A stretch of DNA of 64,000 nucleotides, from the NCBI GenBank assembly GCA_030265395.1, contig JARFYF010000029.1:25365799-25429798 (forward strand). The letters are read 5' to 3'. Origin of the DNA: Rhina ancylostomus (lineage: Eukaryota). Positions 52,217 to 63,590 of this stretch are shown one piece after another. Made by a program: the position numbers and the translations under genes. Position 1 is the stretch's first letter; each line of letters starts with the position of its first letter. The notes below the pieces were generated by a model. The model worked only from the letters and a program-made list of their open reading frames with translations. It was not told the DNA's origin and searched no databases.

Positions 52217-52932
52217 GAAGTCAAAGGAAACAAGTCAGGAGCTTGACTTCTTTTGCCAGCAGTTGATTGACTGTTCTTCAAAAGATCTGACAATTACCCC
52301 CTCCTATGTTAGCACCCCTTGATACCACAATTCATCCATACACGTCCGAAGAAAGAACATCTATCCAGCTTCCCTGTAATGACATGAATCTGGCTTTGCA
52401 ATCATAATAGCAACTATTGACCTAAGACAGCAAAGTACCGTTCAAAAGCTGGAATGTTTTTATGGCTGACAGAAAAAGAAACCTATCATATTTTCACCAT
52501 TGTGCAAGTAGTACTGTTCTTGCTATTTTCTTGCCTATTTTATCACTTAACACACTCCTCCAGTGCCTTCAGTGTGGGAGGCAAAGGGTTACTGTTCCCT
52601 TGCTATGGTGTTAGCGACTGCTGGCTTGGACCTGAAAGGGTCCAATTGCAGACCCATCTGTTGCTGAAGGAATGTGTGCCAGGTGCCTTTTAGGCACCAC
52701 AGCCCCACTGACGGTTGAGGAAATGGATATTCTACCAGAACAGAGGTGAACATCTGTCACTCATACTGTGCCACTGCCACTCCCATGGATATGCACTTCC
52801 TCACTTTCACATACCTGGTACTTTCAATGTATGAAAGCATTTCATGGCAGTTCACAGATCCATAATCAGATGAAGTGTTTTTGAATCAAGCTTGTGCATA
52901 CAGAAGCAGTACCTGTCTTAGTGGGTCCACAA

Positions 52933-53193
52933 CATGATGGAATGATGGAGAGGTTTAGGGATTGGGCTTTAACATTTGAAGGCATGTGTTGTGGGATAGA
53001 GACTCTGGAGTTCAAACATGTATTCAAGTACATGGTGTACCAAAGTCCCTCAAACTGATGAGACATCATGGCAATTTTTCCCTGTCTCTGAGTGGGAATA
53101 GCGCTCAACAATTGACAGAGATGTGCCCATCAAATGTTAAAGCCCCAGATGTGGAATTCCATCCCTAGCCCTCTGCATCATTACATTGTCATG
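52933..53193. repeat. Inverted repeat element (MITE-like), arms about 60 and 78 bp
   Basis: Left arm gatggaatgatggagaggtttagggattgggctttaacatttgaaggc pairs with right arm gcccatcaaatgttaaagccc[insert]atccctagccctctgcatcattacat. Confidence 0.8.
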
Positions 53194-53196
53194 ATT

Positions 53197-53228
53197 AAAT
53201 AATAATAATAATAATAATTAATATAATT
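53197..53228. repeat. (AAT)n microsatellite
   Basis: Direct observation. Confidence 0.85.
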
Positions 53229-54844
53229 GATTAGCAGAGTCTAGTGAGGAAGTACAAACCAGGAAGTATAAATCAGACTTAGATCATGTTCAGGGAGCGA
53301 AATAAAGAGAGGAAGAGAAAAGCTGAAAAAAAGGGATAAAAGGTAATGGCAGGAAAAGTAAAAGAAAACTTTTTCTGAACTCCAACATTAATTATCTTAA
53401 GAAAACAAGAATGTGCACATTTGAAAAATTAATTTTTTAGGGCCAGAGAAACTGTTTGGCAGTAATCAATGATCAAATAGTTAAAAGTTGTTTAGATACA
53501 TGGCCTTGACTTTTCTTGTTACATATTTATAAGACAACAATTGACTAAGTATTTCTTGTTCACAGCATTGCACATCTTTCAGTATCAGGTTTANNNNNNN
53601 NNNAGTGGCACAGCAAAGCATTTCTGACTACAACTTGCTGACTTCCTTGTTTAGATGAGCATATGAAGAAGATAAAATTTCCTGTCTGATTTGTTCCATA
53701 ATATCAATGCCATACCTAAATTTAATCTCCCCAAAGTTTAATTTGATTAAATTGCAGCTTATTCCAGACTTCTCAGTTTACTCTAATTGAGAACATTACA
53801 AGGTCACCAATTAAATTATTTGTGTGATCTTCCCAGCCTGTTAAAGTTGGTGGAANNNNNNNNNNNNNNNNNNNNNNNNNNNNNNNNNNNNNNNNNNNNN
53901 NNNNNNNNNNNNNNNNNNNNNNNNNNNNNNNNNNNNNNNNNNNNNNNNNNNNNNNACAAGGTCACCAATTAAATTATTTGTGTGCTCTTCCCAGCCTTTT
54001 AAAGTTGGTGGAAGTGGTTGCTGGAGGAGCAGAATGATTGAATAATGCGTGGCTGAGTTTATGCCAATTCTGCAGGACTTGGTGACCCAGACTCTGATTA
54101 TGGAGATCCACCTTCATAGAGATAGCCAGATGGTATAAGCTCAATTTCTTCTCTTTGTTGCGCATCATCTAACAACCTGGAAGGAATTTCCACCATACTC
54201 TTGGGCATGCAGCAGCAGCTCCAAAGCAAGTTTTCTGGTAGCCCATACTATAACATCTCAGCAGAAGAAAGGTTTCTTTTGATGGTTGGGTCTTAAGTGT
54301 TAACAGCTTAGAGTTTTTATATCAATAAGTTTTCTCATGAGCTGTACCTTCCAATAACTTTTGTTAATACTGAAATAATACCTTAACTACAGATGTTATG
54401 TTTGGGAGGTTTGGAATGAATATTGACTTTCTTCTTATATTTCGCAGTGTTAAGGTACTTCCAGAAATAGGGGAAAATGACATAGATCAGCATGATTCAG
54501 AAAGTTAGCAAGTTGTTGCCAATCATCTGAGGACTGTACTATGAAACTCTTGATTCCTAAGCTGTTTTAAATATGATTCATTTAGGAAAGAGAAACACCA
54601 CGAGCAATGGTTGGAAATCTTGTGGAGCTTAAGTCAAATTTCTCCGTGGCTGGTGCTCCTTCATCTTCCGGTTCCAAATATATCCGAGTTTTGTCTATGT
54701 GGGTAAAGTTTTCGATAGAAGGTGGCACTACTTTGGTCCCCAGGTTGTTTTGAGCCAGAGACTCCTCCTGATAATGAGGTTAGTCAATAGTAGTAAAGAA
54801 TTCATTTCAGAGGATAGACCAGCAAATTGTAAGCAAGTTAGCTC

Positions 54845-55167
54845 AGTACAGTGGTATAGAAAGTAGAGCTGTTGTCTCATAGCTCCAGTAATCCAGGTTC
54901 AATCCTGACCTTCATTGCTGTCTGTGTGGAGCTTGTATATTCTACCTGTGACTATGTGAGTTTCATTCTTCTGATCTGATTTCCTCCCACTTCCCAAAAT
55001 AATATTGGGTTGGTAGGTTAATTGGCCATAACGTGTTGATAAATGGTAGAATCTGGGAGGAGTTGATGGGAGTGTAAGGAGGATAAAATAGGTTAGGGTA
55101 GAATTACTGTGGGTGCTTGATGTTTGGTGCAGTCTTAGTGTTTCTGTGTTGTATCTCCCTGTGACCT
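54845..55167 (+). mobile_element. Near full-length HE1-like V-SINE
   Basis: A-box-like cagtggtatagaaagtagag, B-box ggttcaatcc, V-domain gtctgtgtggagcttgtatattctacctgtgac...tttcctcccac, CR1-like tail gtttctgtgttgtatctc. Confidence 0.85.
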
Positions 55168-55169
55168 TA

Positions 55170-55792
55170 AACACATTTGGATGTTGCATGCCATAATGTG
55201 GTTTTAATATGGAACCAATCAAGAGTAGTGAAGCTTTTGTTGTTCTTACTGTGTAAAAGCAGAACACTACACCTGTTATGAGGGCAGGTAAGTTTGTAAT
55301 TAAAATGAGGATATACTTCTTGGACTCAATACAGGATGAAATACATGGGTTGATTCTAGCAAAGAGGGGATTGACCTTTGAGGAGAGAATGAGTAAGAAT
55401 TCTATGTTCACTGGAGATCAGCAGAATTAGAAATGAATTCATTGAGACACACAAGATACTGAGGATTGACTGGGTAGATACTACTCTTCTAGATGAGATC
55501 TAAATCTAGGGGACACCACCTCGGTTAAAGTGTTCAACCATTAAGACTCAGATGAAGAGAAATTTCTTTATGCAGTGAATTGTAAATCTTCAGTTTCTCT
55601 ACCTCAGGTCACTGTGGATGGTCAGGTTGTACGCCATCAAGGTGAAGACTGATAGATTTTTGGACACTAATGAAATAAAATAATATTTGTATCAAGCAGG
55701 AAAATTACACGAGGCACGGAGTCACACATTATCTTATTGACAGGCTCAGCAGACTAGAGACTGACTGCTTTGATTTCTTCCATTCTTATGGA
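55170..55792 (+). mobile_element. Old CR1 3' portion
   Basis: ttgacctttgaggagagaatgagtaag...ggggacaccacctc...agatgaagagaaatttcttt...ttgtaaatctt...ttcttatg. Confidence 0.7.
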
Positions 55793-56029
55793 CTTTTTTC
55801 TGTGATACAACTAAATTAGTGCATCTATTAGAAACAGTGAGTCACCTGAAAAACAATGTCAGTTTCTGCAAACCTAGAGTGAGAAGTAAATAACATGTGA
55901 ATGAATAATCAATTTACTGTGATTCAGCACCAACATCCAATTAAAGCTGATTTTTCTTGTAAAACATTGACAAATAAATTGACAAATGATTGATACAAAT
56001 AAAGTTGAATGGGTTTGACCTAAAAGCCA

Positions 56030-56495
56030 TTAGAATATGGTTGCATGATAACCAAGAATGGAACTAAATATTCTGACATACAAAAAGATTCAAAAGAGCC
56101 AGTATTATGAAATGGAATTATATGCATTGGAGGTGGTTGGGAGAGTGTCTGGTTCAAAGTGTCCTTACATATATAAAAAATATTTGGGCAGAAGGATCAT
56201 GGCTTAGAAGTTCAGGAAGTAGAATCTTTGTGGTTGGAGGGAAAAGTTAATGGTGTACAGTTTGAACTGATTTTTTTGAAAGAATATTAAATATTTTTGT
56301 TCAGAGGGATTTGGGTACAACAAGAAGTTAAAAAAGTGGTATGTTTCCTTTTATTGTAAGGGATTATAGTACTAGAGTGAGAAAATCTATTTGCAGCTTA
56401 TAAGACCATGCCTATGTACTGTTTTGGTCTCTGTCCTAGGGGATACTTTATTAGCCAAGAGATAGAACATAAGATAGGGAGATTACTCGAGAAAG

Positions 56496-56531
<36 letters not shown>

Positions 56532-56591
56532 NNNNNNNNNNNNNNNNNNNNNNNNNNNNNGAACATAAGATAGTGAGATTACTCGAGAAAG

Positions 56592-56643
<52 letters not shown>

Positions 56644-57582
56644 ATATGTAGGTTTAAGTATTGCGTATGGTTCTAGTCACGACATTATAGGAAAAATTGT
56701 GATTGTACTGGAGAATATGCAGAGGAAGTTTATAAAGAAGTTCCAAAGATAACAGGAGTGGAAAACTGTAGCAAAGAGGAAGGATTAGATGGAATTGATT
56801 TCTTTGGAATGGAGGAGGCTGAGGAGAAACAATTGAGGTGCATAAAATTATGAGGGACTCAGATGAATAAGAAGCTCTTTGCCTTAGCAGAGTGGAAAAG
56901 TTTTAAAGTAATGGTAGAAGGATCAGAGGGTGAAAGGGGTCTGGAACTTGCCCCTTAAAAGCAGAAACCCTCATTACATTTACAACATACTTTGGTGTAC
57001 ACGAGAAGAGCTTTGACCTGCAGAGCTACAGACATGTGCTGGAAGATGGAATGAGGCAGGTGGGGNNNNNNNNNNACAGTGGTCCAAGTGGCTTCTTTCT
57101 GTGTCATAAATTTTCTGCAATTCTGTGAGTAATATACTTCTCTTTTGAGTGTAGAATTTAATTATTTACTTATTTAGACATTGAGTACAGTATACCTATA
57201 CTTTATGGATTTTTTGAAGATTGAAAGCTGACATTGAAATATATAAAATTTTGAAGGAACTTTGCAGTGTAGATGTTGAGAGACTGCTTCCCTGGTTGAA
57301 CAACCTAAGCTTATAAGGCATGCTCTCAAATTGGCCATTTAGGACTGATACATGGAGAAATTCTTTACTTAAAATTGTTTGTCTTTGGAATACTTTGTCA
57401 TATTTTTGTGAGAATATTTAGGGCTGAAACTGATAGGTTTCAGACTGCAGATAATTCAGGGGAGATGAGGATTGAATGATCAAATGATGTTGAGGTTGAG
57501 GATTAGAGTAATCTTGTTGAATCCAGGGCCAGGCTTAATGGGTAGTAAGATCTAGTCCTGCACTTGTTTTGAATGTTCATAA
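56030..57582 (+). mobile_element. Cluster of old CR1 fragments (endonuclease-region piece and several 3' ends)
   Basis: EWN.NI..Y / QEVESLWLE-like at 56040-56240; ENMQRKFIK at about 56710; two decayed 3' tails ending at about 57130 and 57580. Confidence 0.6.
56494..56648. repeat. (TA)n(TG)n microsatellite, duplicated across a gap
   Basis: Direct observation; flank gaacataagatag.gagattactcgagaaag repeated at 56465 and 56561. Confidence 0.9.
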
Positions 57583-58407
57583 ACACAAGCATGGGCCCTG
57601 GCAGAGATATTTGTATCATCATTAGCCACATGTGAGGTACTGGAAGACTGGAGAGTGGCTAATGTTGTGCCTTTATATGAGAAGGGCTGCAAGGACAAGC
57701 CAGGGAGCTACAGGCTGGTGAGCCTAACATCAGTGGTGGGAAAAGTACTGAAGGGGATTCTGAGAGACAGGATTTATCTGCATTTGGAAAGGCAAGGACT
57801 GATTTGGGATAGTCAACACGGCTTTGTGCGTGGGAAATTGTGTCTCACAAATTTGTTTGAACTTTTTTGAAAGGGTGACCAAGAGGATTGATGAGGGCAG
57901 AGTGGTAGACGTCCATATGGATTTTAGCAAGGCCTTTAACAAGGTACTGCATGATAGGCTTGTCCAAAAGGTTAGATCACACGGGATTCAAAGTAAGCCA
58001 GCCAATTAGATATAAAATTGGCTTGGTTGTAGGGATCAGAGGGTGGTAGTGGAGGGTTGTTTTTCAGATTGGAGGCCTGTCACCAGTGTTATGCTGCAGG
58101 GACTTGGTGCTGGGTTCATTGTTGTTTGTCATCTATATGAACACCTTGGATGAGAAAGTAGTTGGCATGGTTAGTGAGTTTGCAGATGGCACCAAAATTG
58201 GTAGTATAATGGACAGTGAAGGTTATCTATAATTACAACTGGAAAAATGGGTCAAGTATTGGCAGCTGGAATTTAACTTGGACAAGTACAAGGTATTGCA
58301 TTTTGGAGAGTTAAACCAGGGCAGGACTCGTACAGTAAATGGCAAGGCACTGGAGAGTGTTATAGAACAGAGAGATCTCAGGGAACAAGTACATAGTTCC
58401 CTGAAAC

Positions 58408-58473
58408 TAGATCAGACATGGACATGGAAACACACAGTGAAATGCATCTTTTGCATAGAGTGTTCTAAGGGCA
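58408..58473 (-). mobile_element. Tiny 3' fragment of the Rex1-tailed SINE inserted in CR1
   Basis: acatggaaacacacagtgaaatgcatcttttgcatagagtgttctaagggcag matches 38548-38600 and interrupts CR1 agttccctgaaa|gtggtacaggtggacaggg. Confidence 0.8.
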
Positions 58474-58561
58474 GTGGTACAGGTGGACAGGGTGTGTAGA
58501 AGGCATTTGGCATGCTTGCCTTTGGTCAGGGCATTGGGTACAAGAGTTGGGACATCATGTT

Positions 58562-58621
58562 ACAGCTGTACAAGATGCTGGTGAGACCGCACTTGGTCTC
58601 ACCAACATCTTGTACAGCTGT
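58562..58621. repeat. Near-perfect 27-bp inverted repeat with 6-nt loop
   Basis: acagctgtacaagatgctggtgagacc-gcactt-ggtctcaccaacatcttgtacagctgt (26/27 paired). Confidence 0.95.
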
Positions 58622-58735
58622 TCTGGTCGCCCAGCTATAGGAAGGTTGTCATTAAGCTGGAAAGGGTGCAGAAAAGATTCACAAGATCATCAGGACTGGA
58701 GCACTTGAATTATAAGCAGGGACTGGATAGGCTGG

Positions 58736-59483
58736 CAGATGCCCTACACTCATTTTGGGAGCAAATGGACAGTAAAGAGATCTATATTAGACTATTGATT
58801 ATTGACTACAGCTATGCCTTCTGTACTATAATTCCAAGGAAACTCATCTCCAAACTCCTAGACCTGGGACTCAACGCCTCCCTTTATAACTGGATCCTTG
58901 ACTTCCTGACCAACAGATCACAATCAATGAGGATAGGCAACAACACCTCCACCACGATTATCCTCAGCACTGGTGTCCCACAAAGCTGCGTACTCAGCCC
59001 CTTACTCTACTCTGTATACACTCATGATTGCATGGCCAGATTCTGCTCTAACTCCATCTACAAGTTTGCAGATGATACCATCATAGTGGGCCGCATCTCA
59101 AATAATGATGAGTCGGAGTACAGGAAGAAGATAGAGGGCTTAGTGATACAGTGTCATGACCACAACCTTCCCCTCAATGTCAGCAAAAGAAAAGAGCTGG
59201 TCATTGACTTCAGAAAGGGGGTGGTGCACATGCTCCTGTCTACATCACTGGTGCTGAGGTCGAGAGGGTTGAGAGCTTCAAGGTCCTAGGAGTAAACATC
59301 ACCAATAGTCTGTCCTGGTCCAACCACATAGATGCCACGGCCAAGAAAGCTCACCAGCATCTCTACTTCCTCAGGAGGCTGAAGAAATTTGGCATGTCCC
59401 CGTTGACCCTCACCAACTTTTATCGATGTATCATAAAAAGCAGCCTATCCAGATGCATCGCAGCTTGATATGGCAACTGCTCT
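58736..59483 (+). mobile_element. Rex1/Babar LINE reverse transcriptase, nested in CR1, runs into a gap
   Basis: RLLIIDYSYAFCTIIP, WILDFLTNRSQ, GVPQSCVLSPLLYSVYTHDC, KFADDT, KELVIDFRK, then a DUF1891-like LGVNITNSLSWSNHIDATAKKAHQHLYFLRRLKKF. Confidence 0.93.
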
Positions 59484-60339
59484 NNNNNNNNNNNNNNNNN
59501 NNNNNNNNNNNNNNNNNNNNNNNNNNNNNNNNNNNNNNNNNNNNNNNNNNNNNNNNNNNNNNNNNNNNNNNNNNNNNNNNNNNNNNNNNNNNNNNNNNNN
59601 NNNNNNNNNNNNNNNNNNNNNNNNNNNNNNNNNNNNNNNNNNNNNNNNNNNNNNNNNNNNNNNNNNNNNNNNNNNNNNNNNNNNNNNNNNNNNNNNNNNN
59701 NNNNNNNNNNNNNNNNNNNNNNNNNNNNNNNNNNNNNNNNNNNNNNNNNNNNNNNNNNNNNNNNNNNNNNNNNNNNNNNNNNNNNNNNNNNNNNNNNNNN
59801 NNNNNNNNNNNNNNNNNNNNNNNNNNNNNNNNNNNNNNNNNNNNNNNNNNNNNNNNNNNNNNNNNNNNNNNNNNNNNNNNNNNNNNNNNNNNNNNNNNNN
59901 NNNNNNNNNNNNNNNNNNNNNNNNNNNNNNNNNNNNNNNNNNNNNNNNNNNNNNNNNNNNNNNNNNNNNNNNNNNNNNNNNNNNNNNNNNNNNNNNNNNN
60001 NNNNNNNNNNNNNNNNNNNNNNNNNNNNNNNNNNNNNNNNNNNNNNNNNNNNNNNNNNNNNNNNNNNNNNNNNNNNNNNNNNNNNNNNNNNNNNNNNNNN
60101 NNNNNNNNNNNNNNNNNNNNNNNNNNNNNNNNNNNNNNNNNNNNNNNNNNNNNNNNNNNNNNNNNNNNNNNNNNNNNNNNNNNNNNNNNNNNNNNNNNNN
60201 NNNNNNNNNNNNNNNNNNNNNNNNNNNNNNNNNNNNNNNNNNNNNNNNNNNNNNNNNNNNNNNNNNNNNNNNNNNNNNNNNNNNNNNNNNNNNNNNNNNN
60301 NNNNNNNNNNNNNNNNNNNNNNNNNNNNNNNNNNNNNNN

Positions 60340-60400
60340 TGGAGAGTTAGGCCAAAGGGCCTGTTTCCATGCTGTATAACTTTATGATTCCCTGACTCTA
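60340..60400 (+). mobile_element. CR1 3' tail (probably the end of the copy at 57592)
   Basis: gagttaggccaaagggcctgtttccatgctgtataactttatgattc; matches the reverse complement of 22055-22095. Confidence 0.8.
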
Positions 60401-61489
60401 TATAATGTAAAATTGTTGGTTTGAAATCTGATGTTTAGCATGCATCCATACAATTGATTCAGTTGTTTTAAAGTACAGTCACAGTTAGCACATACAAATG
60501 TACCAACAATTATATTCTTTGTTTATTTCAATTTTTTAAGGAAATTAACATTAAAAGAAAGCATTTAAGCAAAATCCAATAGTACATCAATGCAAAAGCA
60601 TTGTAGGGCTAGAACAGTTCTCTAGCATGAACTATCAGTGGTGGAATACAGATCAAAAATTTCATAATATGAAATGTTGAACTGATTAGAGAATCACTGA
60701 TGAATTTTTGCTTTCTATTATGTGTTTATTGAAACCTCATCTGATTTGAATTTAAGCTCTTCTTAAAAATTCTTTCAGTTAAGTCTGTGTACACGTCTGT
60801 CCAATTTTAATAAAGGTCATCTTTGGTAAATTACTTTGTCTGATATTAAAGTACAGGAAGATTGTTAATAGCATTATTTAGAGAACCTTATTCTAATTCT
60901 ACCCAAGCAGGTCTGTCATTCCTTTTGAACTATATAATTATGTGCCTCTGTTAATTCTAAACAGTAGGAGGTCATAAAGGAAAGACCACCTACTGAGATG
61001 TATTACAAAAATGCCTCTTTTAAGCAGAGTTTCCTAATGCTCAAATCAAATGAGAAAGTTCAATCCAATACTTAAGTGAAAATTCAACTGTCATGTAAAC
61101 TTTATAGTGCAACTGATTCACACACTGAAATCAAAGTTGCTAAGGTGGACAACTGATGTTACTCTGCTGTAATCTGTATGACATCTGACAATGATAAAGG
61201 GTCAATTCAGATTTCCCTGACCTTGTCTAGTCGGACTTATCACATTTTAACATAAACAAGGAATCACAACCAACAAATTTATGGAGCTGCTTTTCTATGC
61301 ATTTTTTAAAAAATTTAAGTCTTTATTAGTTTCCATTGCTTTTATTTTTTTTCAAAAGTAGCATGGCATTTGAATTTTAATGTGCCCGTGCCAGTTCTAA
61401 AATTCATAAAAAGTGAAAGGAAAACATTGTCTATAATTACACAAAGAATTATTCTATTTCAACCCATGACATAGACAATGTAAGGAAGA

Positions 61490-62476
61490 TAAAACTTAAA
61501 TGTTTACATCTTTCACAATCACAAAACACTTCAGTGTTTTTGCTGGTGAAGCAGGAAAAGTGGTAGCCAATTTGCATACACCAGTGTCTCTCACACACAT
61601 TGGTTTATGCTAACTGTTATGTTGGTTGAGAGATAAATATTGACCAGGACTTCCCTGATCCTTTTTGCAATAATGTCATGGGATTTTTCATACATCAGCT
61701 CAGCGAGCAAATGAGGCCTTGATGTAATGTGTTGCATCAAGCTGGGCCCAGCCACACCTCACACTCCCTTCTTGCAGGATGCCTGTGGTCACTTCTGCCT
61801 CCTCCAGCCTCTCATCTCCTAATGTCTCAGCGTTGACATTGTGGCCATTCCACAGGGCTGTGGTCCACAAACTGCAATCTGACTGCCGGTGGTGGAAATT
61901 CTGATCATCAGAGACATTGAGAAACAGCTGAGAACCATGTAAATAAATAAAAGATAAAAGAAAATCATTTAAAATAAATTAATTAAGACGTTAATATCAA
62001 TTAAAATTAAATTGAAACTTTTGTCACAAACCTTTTTAGTCAAGGTGGGTGACCCCCATTAACATGAATGGAGCCACACTAAGTGCAGCAGCCTTGCCTG
62101 GCATGAAACTAAGGAGCCAAATAGAAAATGTATCCAATCCTTCAGCACTGTGTACTGTGGATCCACCAGTGAATTCAATTCTGAGTCCAGGAGTGAAATG
62201 GGTGATCAGAATTGCTTCATCTGATCCCCAGAATGGAAGCCTGGAATGGGCTGACATGCGCACTGCAGCTGGTGCTTCTCTGTAGAAACGCTAGCTCGCT
62301 GCCAGCATGATCCAATCCAACATCTTAACCAAAAGGAGGATCTCTGATAGTGCAGCAAGCCCCTCAGCACTGCACTGCAGTGTCAACCTGGATTACATTC
62401 TTCACTCTTTGAAGTGGGACTTGAATGCACAAACATCTGACCTGGAGGTAAGAGAGCTGCCAGCTGAGCCACTAGT
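61490..62476 (-). mobile_element. Deu-domain SINE (SacSINE1/AmnSINE-like), split by an insertion of about 580 bp
   Basis: Part 1 (61490-61740): ttggttgagagataaatattgaccaggac...gtcatgggattttt. Part 2 (62318-62476): gatagtgcagcaagcccctcagcactgcactgcagtgtcaacctggatt...gaagtgggacttgaatgcacaaac...ctgagccac. Confidence 0.75.
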
Positions 62477-63124
62477 AAAGGATTTTGAGTAACTGTGCTT
62501 GGCTCTTTCAGTGGTGCTGCTTTTTCTATTCAATGCCTGCAGGAGGGTAATGAACTGCGATTCTCATGGTTAGAAGAAAGTAAATCCAAGTCCAAATGTT
62601 CTGTCTTGTGTGGAACCCTGATAACAATCGACATATCCATGAAAATCAGGGTCTTTGATGCCATCAGGCCTCTCAAGTTCATGCTTTTATATTAAAGGCC
62701 ATCATCAAAAGCAGTCTTCAGTACAAAACTGCCCTCGAACAGTACTTTTATGCAGAAGTTCGACATGTTGCAAAGGAAAGTGGTAAAGGACAGAGTAGTC
62801 CAAGAAATTTTTAAGCTTTTTTTAAAATACATGAAGTATGTAGTTGGTGCTGAGACCAGTGCATAGGAGGATGCTTTAACAATTTTGATAATGCAAGTAT
62901 GCCATGAAAAAGCTCATAGAGCAATATAATGTGTGAAAAAGTATTCAGTCCATATAGGGACAAGTTTCCAGAATCAGCTCTTGAATGCTGATTATAACTT
63001 TGTTCAAAGCAAACAGCAAAGTTACTTGAACTGTCACTAGTTGGGCAAAAGCCAATAAATGTATTTTTTATTTGACATTAAGTTACTGTCAAGTTAGCTT
63101 CTTTTTGAAGAAAATAAATTGTAT

Positions 63125-63590
63125 ATGTGAATTAGGAGCAGAAGTAGACAATGGGGCCCCTCACACCTGCTCTGACATTTAGAATATGGCTGTCCTGATT
63201 TTAATTTCAATTCTGCATTTGTGTCTACCCTGGAAATCATTCACACACTGGCTTCTTACAAATCTATCTACTATTACCTTAAAAATATACAAAGACTCTG
63301 CACCCACTGCCCTTTAAGAAAGTAAGTTCCAAAAACTTATGAGCTTCTGAGAGAAAAAAAATTGCCCCCTCTCTAATGTAAATGGGTAATAGTTCTAGAT
63401 TCTCCCACGTCAACCCATCAAGATCCCTCTGGCTCTTATGTACTTCAATCATGTCCTCTTTCTCTTCTAAACTCCAGTGGATACAAGCCTGCCTTTCCAG
63501 TACTGACCTAGTAAACCTTTTCTAAACTGTTTCCAACTCATTATCATCCTTCCTTAAATAAGGAGACCTGTACTGTACACAGTACTCCGT
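63125..63590 (-). mobile_element. CR1 LINE 3' portion, decayed
   Basis: aattaggagcagaagtagac...cttctaaactccagtggatacaagcc...ccttccttaaataaggagacc...tactgtacacagtactcc. Confidence 0.75.

Larger units (their letters stand above)
57592..58735 (+). mobile_element. CR1 LINE ORF2 reverse transcriptase region, younger copy, disrupted
   Basis: EDWRVANVVPLYEKGCKDKPGSYRLVSLTSVVGKVL...SQHGFVRGKLCLTNL / MDFSKAFNKVLHDRLVQKVRSHGI / FADGTKIG / KYKVLHFG. Confidence 0.95.

Noticed and set aside
53798-54013. 58-bp direct repeat with 2 mismatches on either side of a 100-N gap
   Set aside because: Most likely an unmerged overlap of two haplotypes or read errors; fixed 10-N and 100-N gaps suggest a scaffolding artefact.
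54899-55411. 170-aa minus-strand ORF
   Set aside because: It is antisense to an HE1-like SINE and a CR1 fragment, with no coding signature.
56465-56640. Duplicated unique flank plus microsatellite across a gap
   Set aside because: Probably an assembly artefact at a microsatellite; not evidence of a CRISPR-like or tandem array.
59426-60387. Long ORFs of 305-317 aa, and other X-rich ORFs in the track
   Set aside because: They are open only because they run through N gaps.
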